Part shown: one piece after another, positions 32,224-39,992 of the stretch | Layout: each line of letters starts with the position of its first letter | Position numbering within the stretch: the stretch's first letter is position 1 | Assembly (NCBI GenBank): GCA_947629095.1 | Contig: CANRCK010000004.1 | Coordinates: forward strand, 57,080 to 121,079 | Length of the DNA stretch: 64,000 nt | Source: an uncultured Clostridia bacterium | GTDB taxonomy: Bacteria > Bacillota > Clostridia > Christensenellales > Borkfalkiaceae | Reading direction: 5' to 3' | Notes under the pieces: generated by a model | Database searches by the model: none | Seen by the model: only the letters and a program-made list of their open reading frames with translations | What the model was told of the DNA's origin: nothing | Made by a program: the position numbers and the translations under genes

Positions 32224-33066
32224 TTAACAGGGGCGAATATACTTTGCCGCTGCGGAGGTGAGGAGGGCAAAGCTTGCGGGGGAGAGAGTTTCGCCCCGCG
32301 CCAGAAGGTTTATGCCGCACTCCGAGAGCAGTTGCTCACACTGCGCCCGCGTGAAGCCGAAGGCGCGGACGAGATTGTTTGCGAGGGTTTTTCTGCGGGC
32401 GGAAAAGGCGGCGTGCACAACCTTTTTATATAAAGCCTCGTCTTTTACGGGAAGCCGCGAATCCTCCACTTTAAGCTTTACCACCGCGCTGTCCACATTG
32501 GGGCGGGGCGTGAACGCCTCCCGCGGGACGAGCCTTAGAATTTCCGCCGAGACGCGCAGGGCTATAACGGCGGTAATTGCGCCATATTCCGGGGTGTTTT
32601 CGGTTGCGCAGAATCTGCGGGCAACCTCCTCCTGCACCATCACCGTGAGGCTTTTGCAGAGGGAACTCTCCTCCAAAATTTTAGTGATGAGCGGGGTTGT
32701 AACGTAGTAGGGAAGATTTGCAACAACGGAATATTCGCCCGTTTCGCGCTCAAGCTCCCTTAAATTTACCTTTAAAAAATCTTTGAAGATTATTTCGGCG
32801 TTTTCTACGCCCGAAAGAGTTTGGGAGAGGACGGGTTTTAGCGAACGGTCTATTTCAAATCCTATAACCTTTTTTGCGCGCGCGGAAATGGCGCGGGTGA
32901 GCGTGCCTGCGCCGCAGCCTATTTCGATTATTGTGTCGCCTTTGGTTACGCCCGCGTCCCGCACGATTGAATCGAGCAGATTTTTATCGGTTATGAAGTT
33001 TTGACCGAGGCTCTTTTTAAAGCCGAAGCCCGCCTCCTTTAAGGTTGATTTTACGTCGTTTTCCAT
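32224..33066 (-). CDS. rsmA: 16S rRNA (adenine1518/1519-N6)-dimethyltransferase
   Basis: 280 aa. SAM motif IIEIGCGAGTLT and NLPYYVTTP. Confidence 0.93.
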   Translation of the reverse strand: MENDVKSTLKEAGFGFKKSLGQNFITDKNLLDSIVRDAGVTKGDTIIEIGCGAGTLTRAISARAKKVIGFEIDRSLKPVLSQTLSGVENAEIIFKDFLKVNLRELERETGEYSVVANLPYYVTTPLITKILEESSLCKSLTVMVQEEVARRFCATENTPEYGAITAVIALRVSAEILRLVPREAFTPRPNVDSAVVKLKVEDSRLPVKDEALYKKVVHAAFSARRKTLANNLVRAFGFTRAQCEQLLSECGINLLARGETLSPASFALLTSAAAKYIRPC

Positions 33067-33222
33067 AATTTAGTTGCCGTTTTGCGAGTATGTATTGAGT
33101 TTTGCGAGGCAAACTATCTTTGTAAACTTTTTAGTTTACCGTCTATTTTGCCCGGCGACGCGTAATCGCTATTGACGCTTTTACGTAGCCCGAGTGCAAT
33201 TTAAGCCTCACTTATGATAAAG

Positions 33223-33246
33223 AAGCCCACGTTTTTATGTGGGCTT
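33223..33246 (-). terminator. hairpin after tatD (weak terminator)
   Basis: AAGCCCAC-8 nt-GTGGGCTT. The T-run is better on the plus side, so direction is ambiguous. Confidence 0.4.
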
Positions 33247-33252
33247 TGATTT

Positions 33253-34038
33253 TTATTCGGGAGATTTCAGCTTTTTAAACAGCGCGTGGGCGTTTTGCCA
33301 CACGGTTTCAGCCATTTCCTCCGCGGGAACGCCGCGCACCTCCGCCATGTTACACAAAATTTCGGGTATGCTTGCGGGTGTGTTGGGAAATGTGCCGTAG
33401 AGGCTCTTCGGCGGCAAATAGGGGCTGTCCGTTTCGGTTAAAAGCCTGTCCTCTGCCAGCGCGGCAATAGTTCTTCTCGCTTTTTTGCTGCCCTGCCACG
33501 TGCTTGTGCCGCCGAAAGAGAAATATATGCCGAGTTTTTGAAGCTCCAAGGCTATCTCCGTTGAGTGGGAATAGCAGTGCAAAAGCGCGCCGTGTTTTAT
33601 AAGCGGGGCGTTTTCTTTTAACAGCGTGAGCATATCCTCGGCGCAGTCGCGGGAGTGTATCTGCACGGGCAAACAAAGCTCGTTTGCAAGGTTGAGCTGC
33701 TCCAAAAACATTTTTTGCTGCAATTGCTTGTTTGTTTCGGGATAGTGGTAGTCCAACCCTATCTCCCCTATCGCCACGCACTTGGGTTCGGCGGCGAGTT
33801 CGGCTATGATTTTGAGGTCCCCCTCCCGCAATTTATGCAGTTCGGTGGGGTGAAAGCCCGCGGTGAAGTACACAGCGGAGTACTTTTGGGAATACTCCGC
33901 AAACAGTTCGCTTGTGGCAAGGTCGTAGCCGGCGGCTATGATTTTCTGCACGCCCGCGTCCTGTATTTTTTTGATTAAATCGGGGATATTGCCGTAGCAA
34001 TCGCCGCCGAGGTGGCAGTGGACGTCTATAAATCTCAC
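33253..34038 (-). CDS. tatD: TatD-family metal-dependent DNase/hydrolase (YabD-like)
   Basis: 261 aa. IDVHCHL, EIGLDYHY, QIHSRD, ETDSPYLPP. 4-nt overlap with metG. Confidence 0.9.
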   Translation of the reverse strand: MRFIDVHCHLGGDCYGNIPDLIKKIQDAGVQKIIAAGYDLATSELFAEYSQKYSAVYFTAGFHPTELHKLREGDLKIIAELAAEPKCVAIGEIGLDYHYPETNKQLQQKMFLEQLNLANELCLPVQIHSRDCAEDMLTLLKENAPLIKHGALLHCYSHSTEIALELQKLGIYFSFGGTSTWQGSKKARRTIAALAEDRLLTETDSPYLPPKSLYGTFPNTPASIPEILCNMAEVRGVPAEEMAETVWQNAHALFKKLKSPE

Positions 34039-36032
34039 GAAAGAGCGCTCCCGTCGGGGATATCCTTTTCAGGCGAAACTACGGAGAGAGTTCCGTCGGG
34101 ACCCTCTGCGCAGACTATCATTCCCTCGGACATAATGCCCTTCATTTCGCGCGGGGGAAGGTTTACCACCACTATTACCTTTTTGCCTATCATCTCCTCG
34201 GGCGTGTAGTACTTGGCTATGCCCGAAAGCACGGAGAGCGTGCGGTCCCCCACTCTTATGGTTTCGTGCAGAAGTTTGCTCTTTTTTACAGCCTCGCAGG
34301 CTATAACCGTGCCCACGCGCATATCGATTTTTGCAAAGTCGTCTATGGTTATCTGCGCCTTTTGCTCCTCCGCGGGCGCGGGTGCGCTTTCGGCTATCTG
34401 CGCTGCCTCGATTTGGGCGATTTGGGGCTTGATATCCTCGAATTTAATTCTTTCGAAAAGCGTTGAGGGGGCGTTGGTTACGGCATATTCGGGGGTGTAC
34501 GCAAAAGTTGAGAGCGTTTTGTAATCCCTTTCGCCCGCGCCGATTTCGGCTTGGATTTTAGAAGCCGTGCGGGGCATATAGGGCTTTAAAAGGTTTGCTC
34601 CCATATCTATCGCCGACAAAAGGTTGTATAGAACGGTTGAGAGCCTTGCCCTTTTGCTTTCGTCCTTATAAAGTATCCACGGCGTGGTTTCGTCGATATA
34701 TTTGTTTGCGCGACGGAAGAGGGAAATTACGCAGTCCAGCGCGTCGGCTACCCTGTACTCCTCCATTGCCGCCGTTACCTTGCCGCAGGTTGAGGACGCT
34801 GCGGAGATAAAATCTTCGTCCGGTTCGCCCGCCTCGCCCATGTTTTTTGCAACGCCGCCGAAATATTGGTTTGTCATGGCAACCGTGCGCTTTACGAGGT
34901 TGCCCAAAGTGTTGGCAAGGTCGGCATTTACGCGCTCGCACATAAGTTCCCACGTTATTATTCCGTCGTCGGCATAGGGCATTTCGTGCAGAACGAAGTA
35001 GCGCACGGCGTCAACGCCGAATATCCCCGCAAGGTCGTCGGCATAAAGCACGTTGCCCTTGGACTTGGACATTTTGTCGCCGCCCTGCAAAAGCCAGCCG
35101 TGACCGAAAACGCTCTTGGGCAGCGGCTCGCCCAGCGCCATTAAGAATATGGGCCAATATATGGTGTGGAATCTTATTATATCCTTGCCGATTATGTGCA
35201 CGTCGGCGGGCCAATATTTTTTGTAGCTCTCCGCGGGATTATCCGGGTTGTAGCCAACGCCCGTGATATAGTTGGTAAGCGCGTCAAGCCAGACGTAGAC
35301 AACGTGACGGCTGTCGAAATCAACGGGTATGCCCCACTTGAAGGTGGAACGGGATACGCATAAGTCCTGCAACTTGGTTTTGAGTTCGCCGCTCTCCGCC
35401 GCCTTTAAAAGTTCCTCGTCCGACTTGCCTATGAACTCGTCCGAAAGGAGAAAGTTGTTCATCATTTCGCGCTTTCTCGACGCGGGTCGTATAAATTCGG
35501 GGTGGGTGACTATGTGCTGCACGAGGCGGTTTGCGTACTTGCCCATTTTGAAGAAGTACGCCTCCTCGCGGGCGGGCTTTACCTCCCTGCCGCAGTCGGG
35601 GCAGCGGCCGTTGACAAGCTGGCTTTCCGACCAGAAACTCTCGCACGGGGTGCAATATAAGCCCTCGTATGCGCCCTTGTATATGTCGCCCTGCTCGTAG
35701 AATTTTTTGAAAATCTTCTGCACGGCGGCAACGTGATAATCGTCGGTGGTGCGGATGAATTTGTTATAACTTATATCCATTCCGTTCCAAATATTTTTTA
35801 TTACGTCCACTACGCCATCCACAAATGCCTGCGGGGTAACGCCCTTGTCCTTGGCTTTTTGCTCCACCTTTAAGCCGTGCTCGTCGGTGCCCGTCATAAA
35901 GAACACGTCGTAGCCCTGCATGCGCTTGAAGCGGGCGATGGCGTCGCTTAAAATTATCTCATAGGTGTTGCCGATGTGGGGCTTGCCGGAAGTATAAGTG
36001 ATTGCGGTGGTGATATAGAATTTTTGAGACAT
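34035..36032 (-). CDS. metG: methionine--tRNA ligase with C-terminal tRNA-binding domain
   Basis: 665 aa. HIGN (GKPHIGNTYE) and KMSKSKGN motifs. C-terminal Trbp111/EMAP-like OB domain. Confidence 0.95.
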   Translation of the reverse strand: MSQKFYITTAITYTSGKPHIGNTYEIILSDAIARFKRMQGYDVFFMTGTDEHGLKVEQKAKDKGVTPQAFVDGVVDVIKNIWNGMDISYNKFIRTTDDYHVAAVQKIFKKFYEQGDIYKGAYEGLYCTPCESFWSESQLVNGRCPDCGREVKPAREEAYFFKMGKYANRLVQHIVTHPEFIRPASRKREMMNNFLLSDEFIGKSDEELLKAAESGELKTKLQDLCVSRSTFKWGIPVDFDSRHVVYVWLDALTNYITGVGYNPDNPAESYKKYWPADVHIIGKDIIRFHTIYWPIFLMALGEPLPKSVFGHGWLLQGGDKMSKSKGNVLYADDLAGIFGVDAVRYFVLHEMPYADDGIITWELMCERVNADLANTLGNLVKRTVAMTNQYFGGVAKNMGEAGEPDEDFISAASSTCGKVTAAMEEYRVADALDCVISLFRRANKYIDETTPWILYKDESKRARLSTVLYNLLSAIDMGANLLKPYMPRTASKIQAEIGAGERDYKTLSTFAYTPEYAVTNAPSTLFERIKFEDIKPQIAQIEAAQIAESAPAPAEEQKAQITIDDFAKIDMRVGTVIACEAVKKSKLLHETIRVGDRTLSVLSGIAKYYTPEEMIGKKVIVVVNLPPREMKGIMSEGMIVCAEGPDGTLSVVSPEKDIPDGSALS

Positions 36033-36137
36033 ACCGATTCTTCTTTAAAATAATTTTTATTAAGTATATCATTAATTTTTAAAGTTGTAAAACGTATACG
36101 AAGAATAAGTTGAAATTTAGGCTCATAAACATAGCTT

Positions 36138-36692
36138 ATGAACGCTGTTTTTACGGTGATATTTTTGGTTTCGGTTGCCGCGCTGGCAATTTCGGCGCCG
36201 CAAAACGCGCTGGGCGCGCTGCTTTCGGGCGCGGAAAAGTCGCTTAAAATGGCTGTTACGCTGTTTTGCATTTACGCGGTGTGGATGGGAATTTCCCGCG
36301 TGGCGGAAAAGAGCGGGCTTTCGGGCGCGGCGGCAAGGGGTCTGAAGCCGCTGACAAGGCGGCTTTTTAAAACGGAGAACGAAGCGGCGAACGAAAATCT
36401 GGCAATGAATTTATCGTGCAATCTTTTGGGAATAGGCGGCGCGGCAACGCCTTATGCCGTTAAAGCCATTGGCGAACTCGAAAAGGAAAAAAATACCTTT
36501 GCGCAAAAATTGCTGTTTATTATAAACGCTACCTCCGTGCAGATTGTGCCCACTACCGTTATAGCCCTGCGGGCGGCGGCGGGAAGCGCAGCGGCGGCGG
36601 ATATATTTTTGCCGTCGCTTATTTGCACCGCCTTTTCAACCGCGCTTGCGGCGGCAATATTTATTTTCGGTCCCAAAAAATGGCGTACATAG
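36138..36692 (+). CDS. spmA: spore maturation protein A (nucleoside-recognition-domain membrane protein)
   Basis: 184 aa polytopic protein. Paired and overlapping with a second similar gene, the arrangement typical of spmA-spmB. Confidence 0.7.
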   Translation: MNAVFTVIFLVSVAALAISAPQNALGALLSGAEKSLKMAVTLFCIYAVWMGISRVAEKSGLSGAAARGLKPLTRRLFKTENEAANENLAMNLSCNLLGIGGAATPYAVKAIGELEKEKNTFAQKLLFIINATSVQIVPTTVIALRAAAGSAAAADIFLPSLICTAFSTALAAAIFIFGPKKWRT

Positions 36693-37183
36693 TCCCCGTT
36701 ATATTTTTAGCCGTGTTTATTTTTGCGGCGGTGAAAAAAGTTAAAATTTACGACGAGTTTTCGGCGGGAGTTAAAGACGCGGCAAAATTTACCCTCTCCC
36801 TTATCCCCTGCCTTGCCGCCATTTTTATGATGTGCGAGCTGTTTGAGGCGAGCGGGCTTGCGGACAGGCTCACTGAGTTTTTATCCCCCGCCTTTGCCTT
36901 TTTGGGAATACCCAAAGAGCTTGCAAAGCTCGTTTTGATAAAGCCGTTTTCGGGGAGCGGGTCGCTGGCGTATCTGAACGATATTATCCAAACCTACGGC
37001 GCGGACAGCTACGTGGCAAGGTGCGCGTGCGTTTGCTACGGCTCCTCCGAAACGGTGTTTTATATCTCCGCCGTGTACTTTGCGGGGCTTAAACAAAAGA
37101 AACTTGCCGCGCCCATTGCCATAGTGATTGTTTCAACCTTTTTGACAACCGTTTTGGCGTGCCTTGTGTGCAGGGTTATGTGA
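36680..37183 (+). CDS. spmB: spore maturation protein B
   Basis: Start taken at ATG 36680 (MAYIVPVIFLAVF), overlapping the spmA stop. 167 aa polytopic protein. Confidence 0.7.
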   Translation: MAYIVPVIFLAVFIFAAVKKVKIYDEFSAGVKDAAKFTLSLIPCLAAIFMMCELFEASGLADRLTEFLSPAFAFLGIPKELAKLVLIKPFSGSGSLAYLNDIIQTYGADSYVARCACVCYGSSETVFYISAVYFAGLKQKKLAAPIAIVIVSTFLTTVLACLVCRVM

Positions 37184-37219
37184 CGGAATTTATAGAATGT
37201 TTGATATTTTCAAAAAATG

Positions 37220-37248
37220 TTGACTACGCTTAAATATAAATATTTATA
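37220..37248 (+). promoter_or_regulatory. candidate promoter of an orphan non-coding transcription unit
   Basis: TTGACT (37220-37225), 17-19 nt spacer, TTTATAAA block. The region is AT-rich, so false positives are easy. Confidence 0.3.
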
Positions 37249-37254
37249 AAATTA

Positions 37255-37505
37255 TCGACAAAATATTTTACTTTTGCCGATAATCGTTTATAATTATCAG
37301 TGTAATCAATATTTGATTACACCTTTACGTAGCTCATCATTTTTCCCCCTTATCATATAGAGGCGGCGCAGACTCCGGTTTGCGTCGTTTCTTTTTGCAA
37401 CGTTACGTTGCATCATAGTTTCTTAATTGCGGAAGCGGAAAGCATACTTTATCACAGGTCAAACATAGTCGGGGCGCGAAAAGTCGCGCCCCGACTATTT
37501 GTTTA
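37255..37505 (+). ncRNA. candidate ~250-nt small RNA (no ORF, own terminator)
   Basis: No ATG on the plus strand between 37220 and 37530. Hairpins GTGTAATCAA-TATT-TGATTACAC and GGCGCAGAC-TCCG-GTTTGCGTC (2 G-U pairs). Ends in a strong terminator at 37467-37505. Confidence 0.3.
37467..37505 (+). terminator. strong intrinsic terminator in the spmB / LRR-gene spacer
   Basis: AGTCGGGGCGCGA-AAA-GTCGCGCCCCGACT followed by ATTTGTTT. Sits 280 nt downstream of the spmB stop. Confidence 0.8.
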
Positions 37506-37511
37506 AACTCC

Positions 37512-37540
37512 TTGACATTTTAATATTATAATGATATAGT
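37512..37540 (+). promoter_or_regulatory. candidate sigma-A promoter for the LRR lipoprotein gene
   Basis: TTGACA (37512-37517), 17-nt spacer, TATAGT (37535-37540). Confidence 0.55.
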
Positions 37541-37593
37541 TTAAGTACCACATTTTCCTAATTTAATATACGGATATTTTTTATTCCGTTTTG

Positions 37594-37649
37594 CGCAAAT
37601 TATGGGTATGCATTATAGCAATGCGTATCTCTTTTGCCTATAATTTGCG
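37594..37649 (+). promoter_or_regulatory. long leader hairpin (13 + 8 bp)
   Basis: CGCAAATTATGGG pairs with CCTATAATTTGCG. Inner stem TATGCATT-ATAGC-AATGCGTA with an 8-nt bulge. Confidence 0.5.
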
Positions 37650-37704
37650 GTAATACTGTTACGCTAAAATTGGGAAGGTGTGGTAACCTGAAGAGATACC
37701 GTGC

Positions 37705-37736
37705 GGTGTGCTCTTTCGGGCACACCTTATTTTTTA
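37705..37736 (+). terminator. leader terminator/attenuator immediately upstream of the LRR gene RBS
   Basis: GGTGTGCTC-TTTC-GGGCACACC then TTATTTTTTA. The RBS AGAGGAGA starts 7 nt later. An upstream GGTGTG (37677-37682) could compete for the CACACC arm. Confidence 0.7.
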
Positions 37737-37754
37737 TCGCACAGAGGAGAAACA

Positions 37755-39782
37755 ATGAAGAAAAAAGTATTTATTGCACTTTTGGCTCTTTTAAGCGTAA
37801 TATGTGTTGCGTTGGGGCTTACTGCATGTAATGGCGGTTCAAGCTTTGTATTTGAATTAACGGGTGATTCATACACTTTAAAAAAATATAATGGTACAGA
37901 AACGGAAGTGGTTATACCCGAAAAATATAATAATTTGCCCGTAACAGCTATCGACGGTAGTGCGTTCTATGAGTGCAAAAGCCTTATAAGCATAGATATA
38001 CCTAACAGTGTTACATCTATAGGCTCTGAGGCGTTCTATAATTGCAAAAACCTTACAAACATAACCATACCCGACAGTGTTACTTCTATCGGCGGCGGTG
38101 CGTTCGCGTATACAGCCTATTACAATAATGCAAATAATTGGATAAATAATGTTTTGTATATTGACAATCATTTGATTGTGGCAAAAGAAACACTTTCCGG
38201 CAACTATGATATACGGCAAGGGACAAAAACTATTGCCGACGGTGCGTTTAGTCGTTGCACAAGCCTTACAAGCATAACCATTCCCGACAGCGTTACTTCT
38301 ATCGGCGGTTGGACGTTCGAGAATTGCACAAGCCTTACAAGCATAAACATTCCCGACAGCGTTACTTCTATCGACGTTTTGGTGTTCTGGAATTGCACAA
38401 GCCTTACAGACATAACCATACCCAACAGCGTTACTTCTATCGGCGATAGTGCGTTCTCAAGTTGCACAAACCTTGAAAGTATAACCATACCCGACAGCGT
38501 TACTTCTATCGGCGGCGGTGCGTTCGAGAATTGCGCAAGCCTTACAAGCGTAACTATACCCGACAGCGTTACTTCTATCGGCGGCGGTGCGTTCGAGAAT
38601 TGCGCAAGCCTTACGGGAGTTTATATAACGCATATTAAGGCGTGGTGCAATATTGATTTTGGTTGGTTTGCTAACCCGTTGTATTATGCACACAACCTTT
38701 ATTTAAATGAAGAACTTGTAACCGAGATTACTGCTGATATGTTGCAGGGAGTAAAAGAAATTAAAGATTATGCGTTCGCGGGTTTCGGAGGAACAAATAT
38801 AACCATACCTAACAGTGTTACATCTATAGGCTCTGAGGCGTTCTATAATTGCAAAAACCTTACAAACATAACTATACCTGACAGTGTTACTTCTATCGGC
38901 AACCGTGCGTTCTATGGTTGCAAAAGCCTTACAAGCATAACCATACCCAACAGCGTTACTTCTATCGGCGATAGTGCGTTCTCAAGTTGCACAAACCTTG
39001 AAAGTATAACCATACCTAACAGTGTTACATCTATAGGCTCTGAGGCGTTCTATAATTGCAAAAACCTTACAAACATAACCATACCCGACAGTGTTACTTC
39101 TATCGGCGGCGGTGCGTTCGCGTATACAGCCTATTACAATAATGCAAATAATTGGATAAATAATGTTTTGTATATTGACAATCATTTGATTGTGGCAAAA
39201 GAAACACTTTCCGGCAACTATGATATACGGCAAGGGACAAAAACTATTGCCGACGGTGCGTTTAGTCGTTGCACAAGCCTTACAAGCATAACCATTCCCG
39301 ACAGCGTTACTTCTATCGGCGGTTGGACGTTCGAGAATTGCACAAGCCTTACAAGCATAAACATTCCCGACAGCGTTACTTCTATCGACGTTTTGGTGTT
39401 CTGGAATTGCACAAGCCTTACAGACATAACCATACCCGATAGCGTTACTTCTATCGGCGGCGGTGCGTTCGAGAATTGCACAAGCCTTACAAGCATAAGC
39501 ATTCCCGATAATGTTACTTCTATCGGAAATGGTGCGTTCCAAGGTTGCACAAGCCTTACAGGCATAACCATTCCCGACAGCGTCACTTCTATCGGCGGCG
39601 GTGCGTTCAGTAGTTGCGCAAGCCTTGAAAGCATAACATTTGAAAATACTACGGGCTGGACGGTTTCGCCATATTACGATATGTCAAACGTTCAAAGCGT
39701 AAACGTGACAGACGCAGCCCAAAACGCAACTTATTTAAAATCAACTTATAGCGGTTATTTATGGCAGCGGTATGATAATTAA
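37755..39782 (+). CDS. BspA-type leucine-rich-repeat (LRR_5) surface lipoprotein
   Basis: Start at ATG 37755 (MKKKVFIALLALLSVICVALGLTAC, lipobox LTAC; AGAGGAGA RBS). About 25 repeats of the type ITIPDSVTSIGxxAFxNCTSLTS. Visibly AT-richer than its flanks. Confidence 0.85.
   Translation: MKKKVFIALLALLSVICVALGLTACNGGSSFVFELTGDSYTLKKYNGTETEVVIPEKYNNLPVTAIDGSAFYECKSLISIDIPNSVTSIGSEAFYNCKNLTNITIPDSVTSIGGGAFAYTAYYNNANNWINNVLYIDNHLIVAKETLSGNYDIRQGTKTIADGAFSRCTSLTSITIPDSVTSIGGWTFENCTSLTSINIPDSVTSIDVLVFWNCTSLTDITIPNSVTSIGDSAFSSCTNLESITIPDSVTSIGGGAFENCASLTSVTIPDSVTSIGGGAFENCASLTGVYITHIKAWCNIDFGWFANPLYYAHNLYLNEELVTEITADMLQGVKEIKDYAFAGFGGTNITIPNSVTSIGSEAFYNCKNLTNITIPDSVTSIGNRAFYGCKSLTSITIPNSVTSIGDSAFSSCTNLESITIPNSVTSIGSEAFYNCKNLTNITIPDSVTSIGGGAFAYTAYYNNANNWINNVLYIDNHLIVAKETLSGNYDIRQGTKTIADGAFSRCTSLTSITIPDSVTSIGGWTFENCTSLTSINIPDSVTSIDVLVFWNCTSLTDITIPDSVTSIGGGAFENCTSLTSISIPDNVTSIGNGAFQGCTSLTGITIPDSVTSIGGGAFSSCASLESITFENTTGWTVSPYYDMSNVQSVNVTDAAQNATYLKSTYSGYLWQRYDN
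37998..38423 (+). repeat. 426-nt intragenic segment, copy 1 of a perfect duplication
   Basis: Identical base for base, by my reading, to 39012-39437 (offset 1014 nt = 338 codons). Confidence 0.9.
39012..39437 (+). repeat. 426-nt intragenic segment, copy 2 of a perfect duplication
   Basis: Identical to 37998-38423. A further ~80-nt identical pair lies at 38412-38490 and 38938-39016. Confidence 0.9.
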
Positions 39783-39792
39783 ACGGCATTAT

Positions 39793-39825
39793 AAAAGGCG
39801 CGGCGGAAGCCGCGCCTTTTTGTTT
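39793..39825 (+). terminator. intrinsic terminator after the LRR gene
   Basis: GGCGCGGC-GGAA-GCCGCGCC followed by TTTTTGTTT. Confidence 0.85.
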
Positions 39826-39875
39826 GGGCTAGTGAAATTGTAAATGACTGAGACGGCAAGCAAAAACATTATAAA

Positions 39876-39972
39876 CAATCCCCTCAGTCACTAAAGTGAC
39901 AGCTCCCCTTACTAAGGGGAGCCAAGGGAGAGAGGAAGTTCCCGACTCCCCGTCACAGGGGGAGCCAAGGGA
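39876..39972 (+). repeat. family-A double-hairpin repeat plus an extra hairpin-2 unit
   Basis: CAATCCCCTCAGTCAC-TAAA-GTGACAGCTCCCC-TTACTAA-GGGGAGCCAAGGG, then CTCCCC-GTCACA-GGGGGAGCCAAGGG. Confidence 0.85.
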
Positions 39973-39992
39973 GATACGTGTTGAGTTTTTGG

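Noticed and set aside
38000-39640. Regular ~69-nt periodic near-repeats, which also create long antisense ORFs (38204-38488, 38982-39542, 39218-39634), could be mistaken for a CRISPR-like array.
   Set aside because: They are in-frame LRR_5 coding repeats of a single long ORF with a signal peptide. There are no unique spacers and no cas genes.
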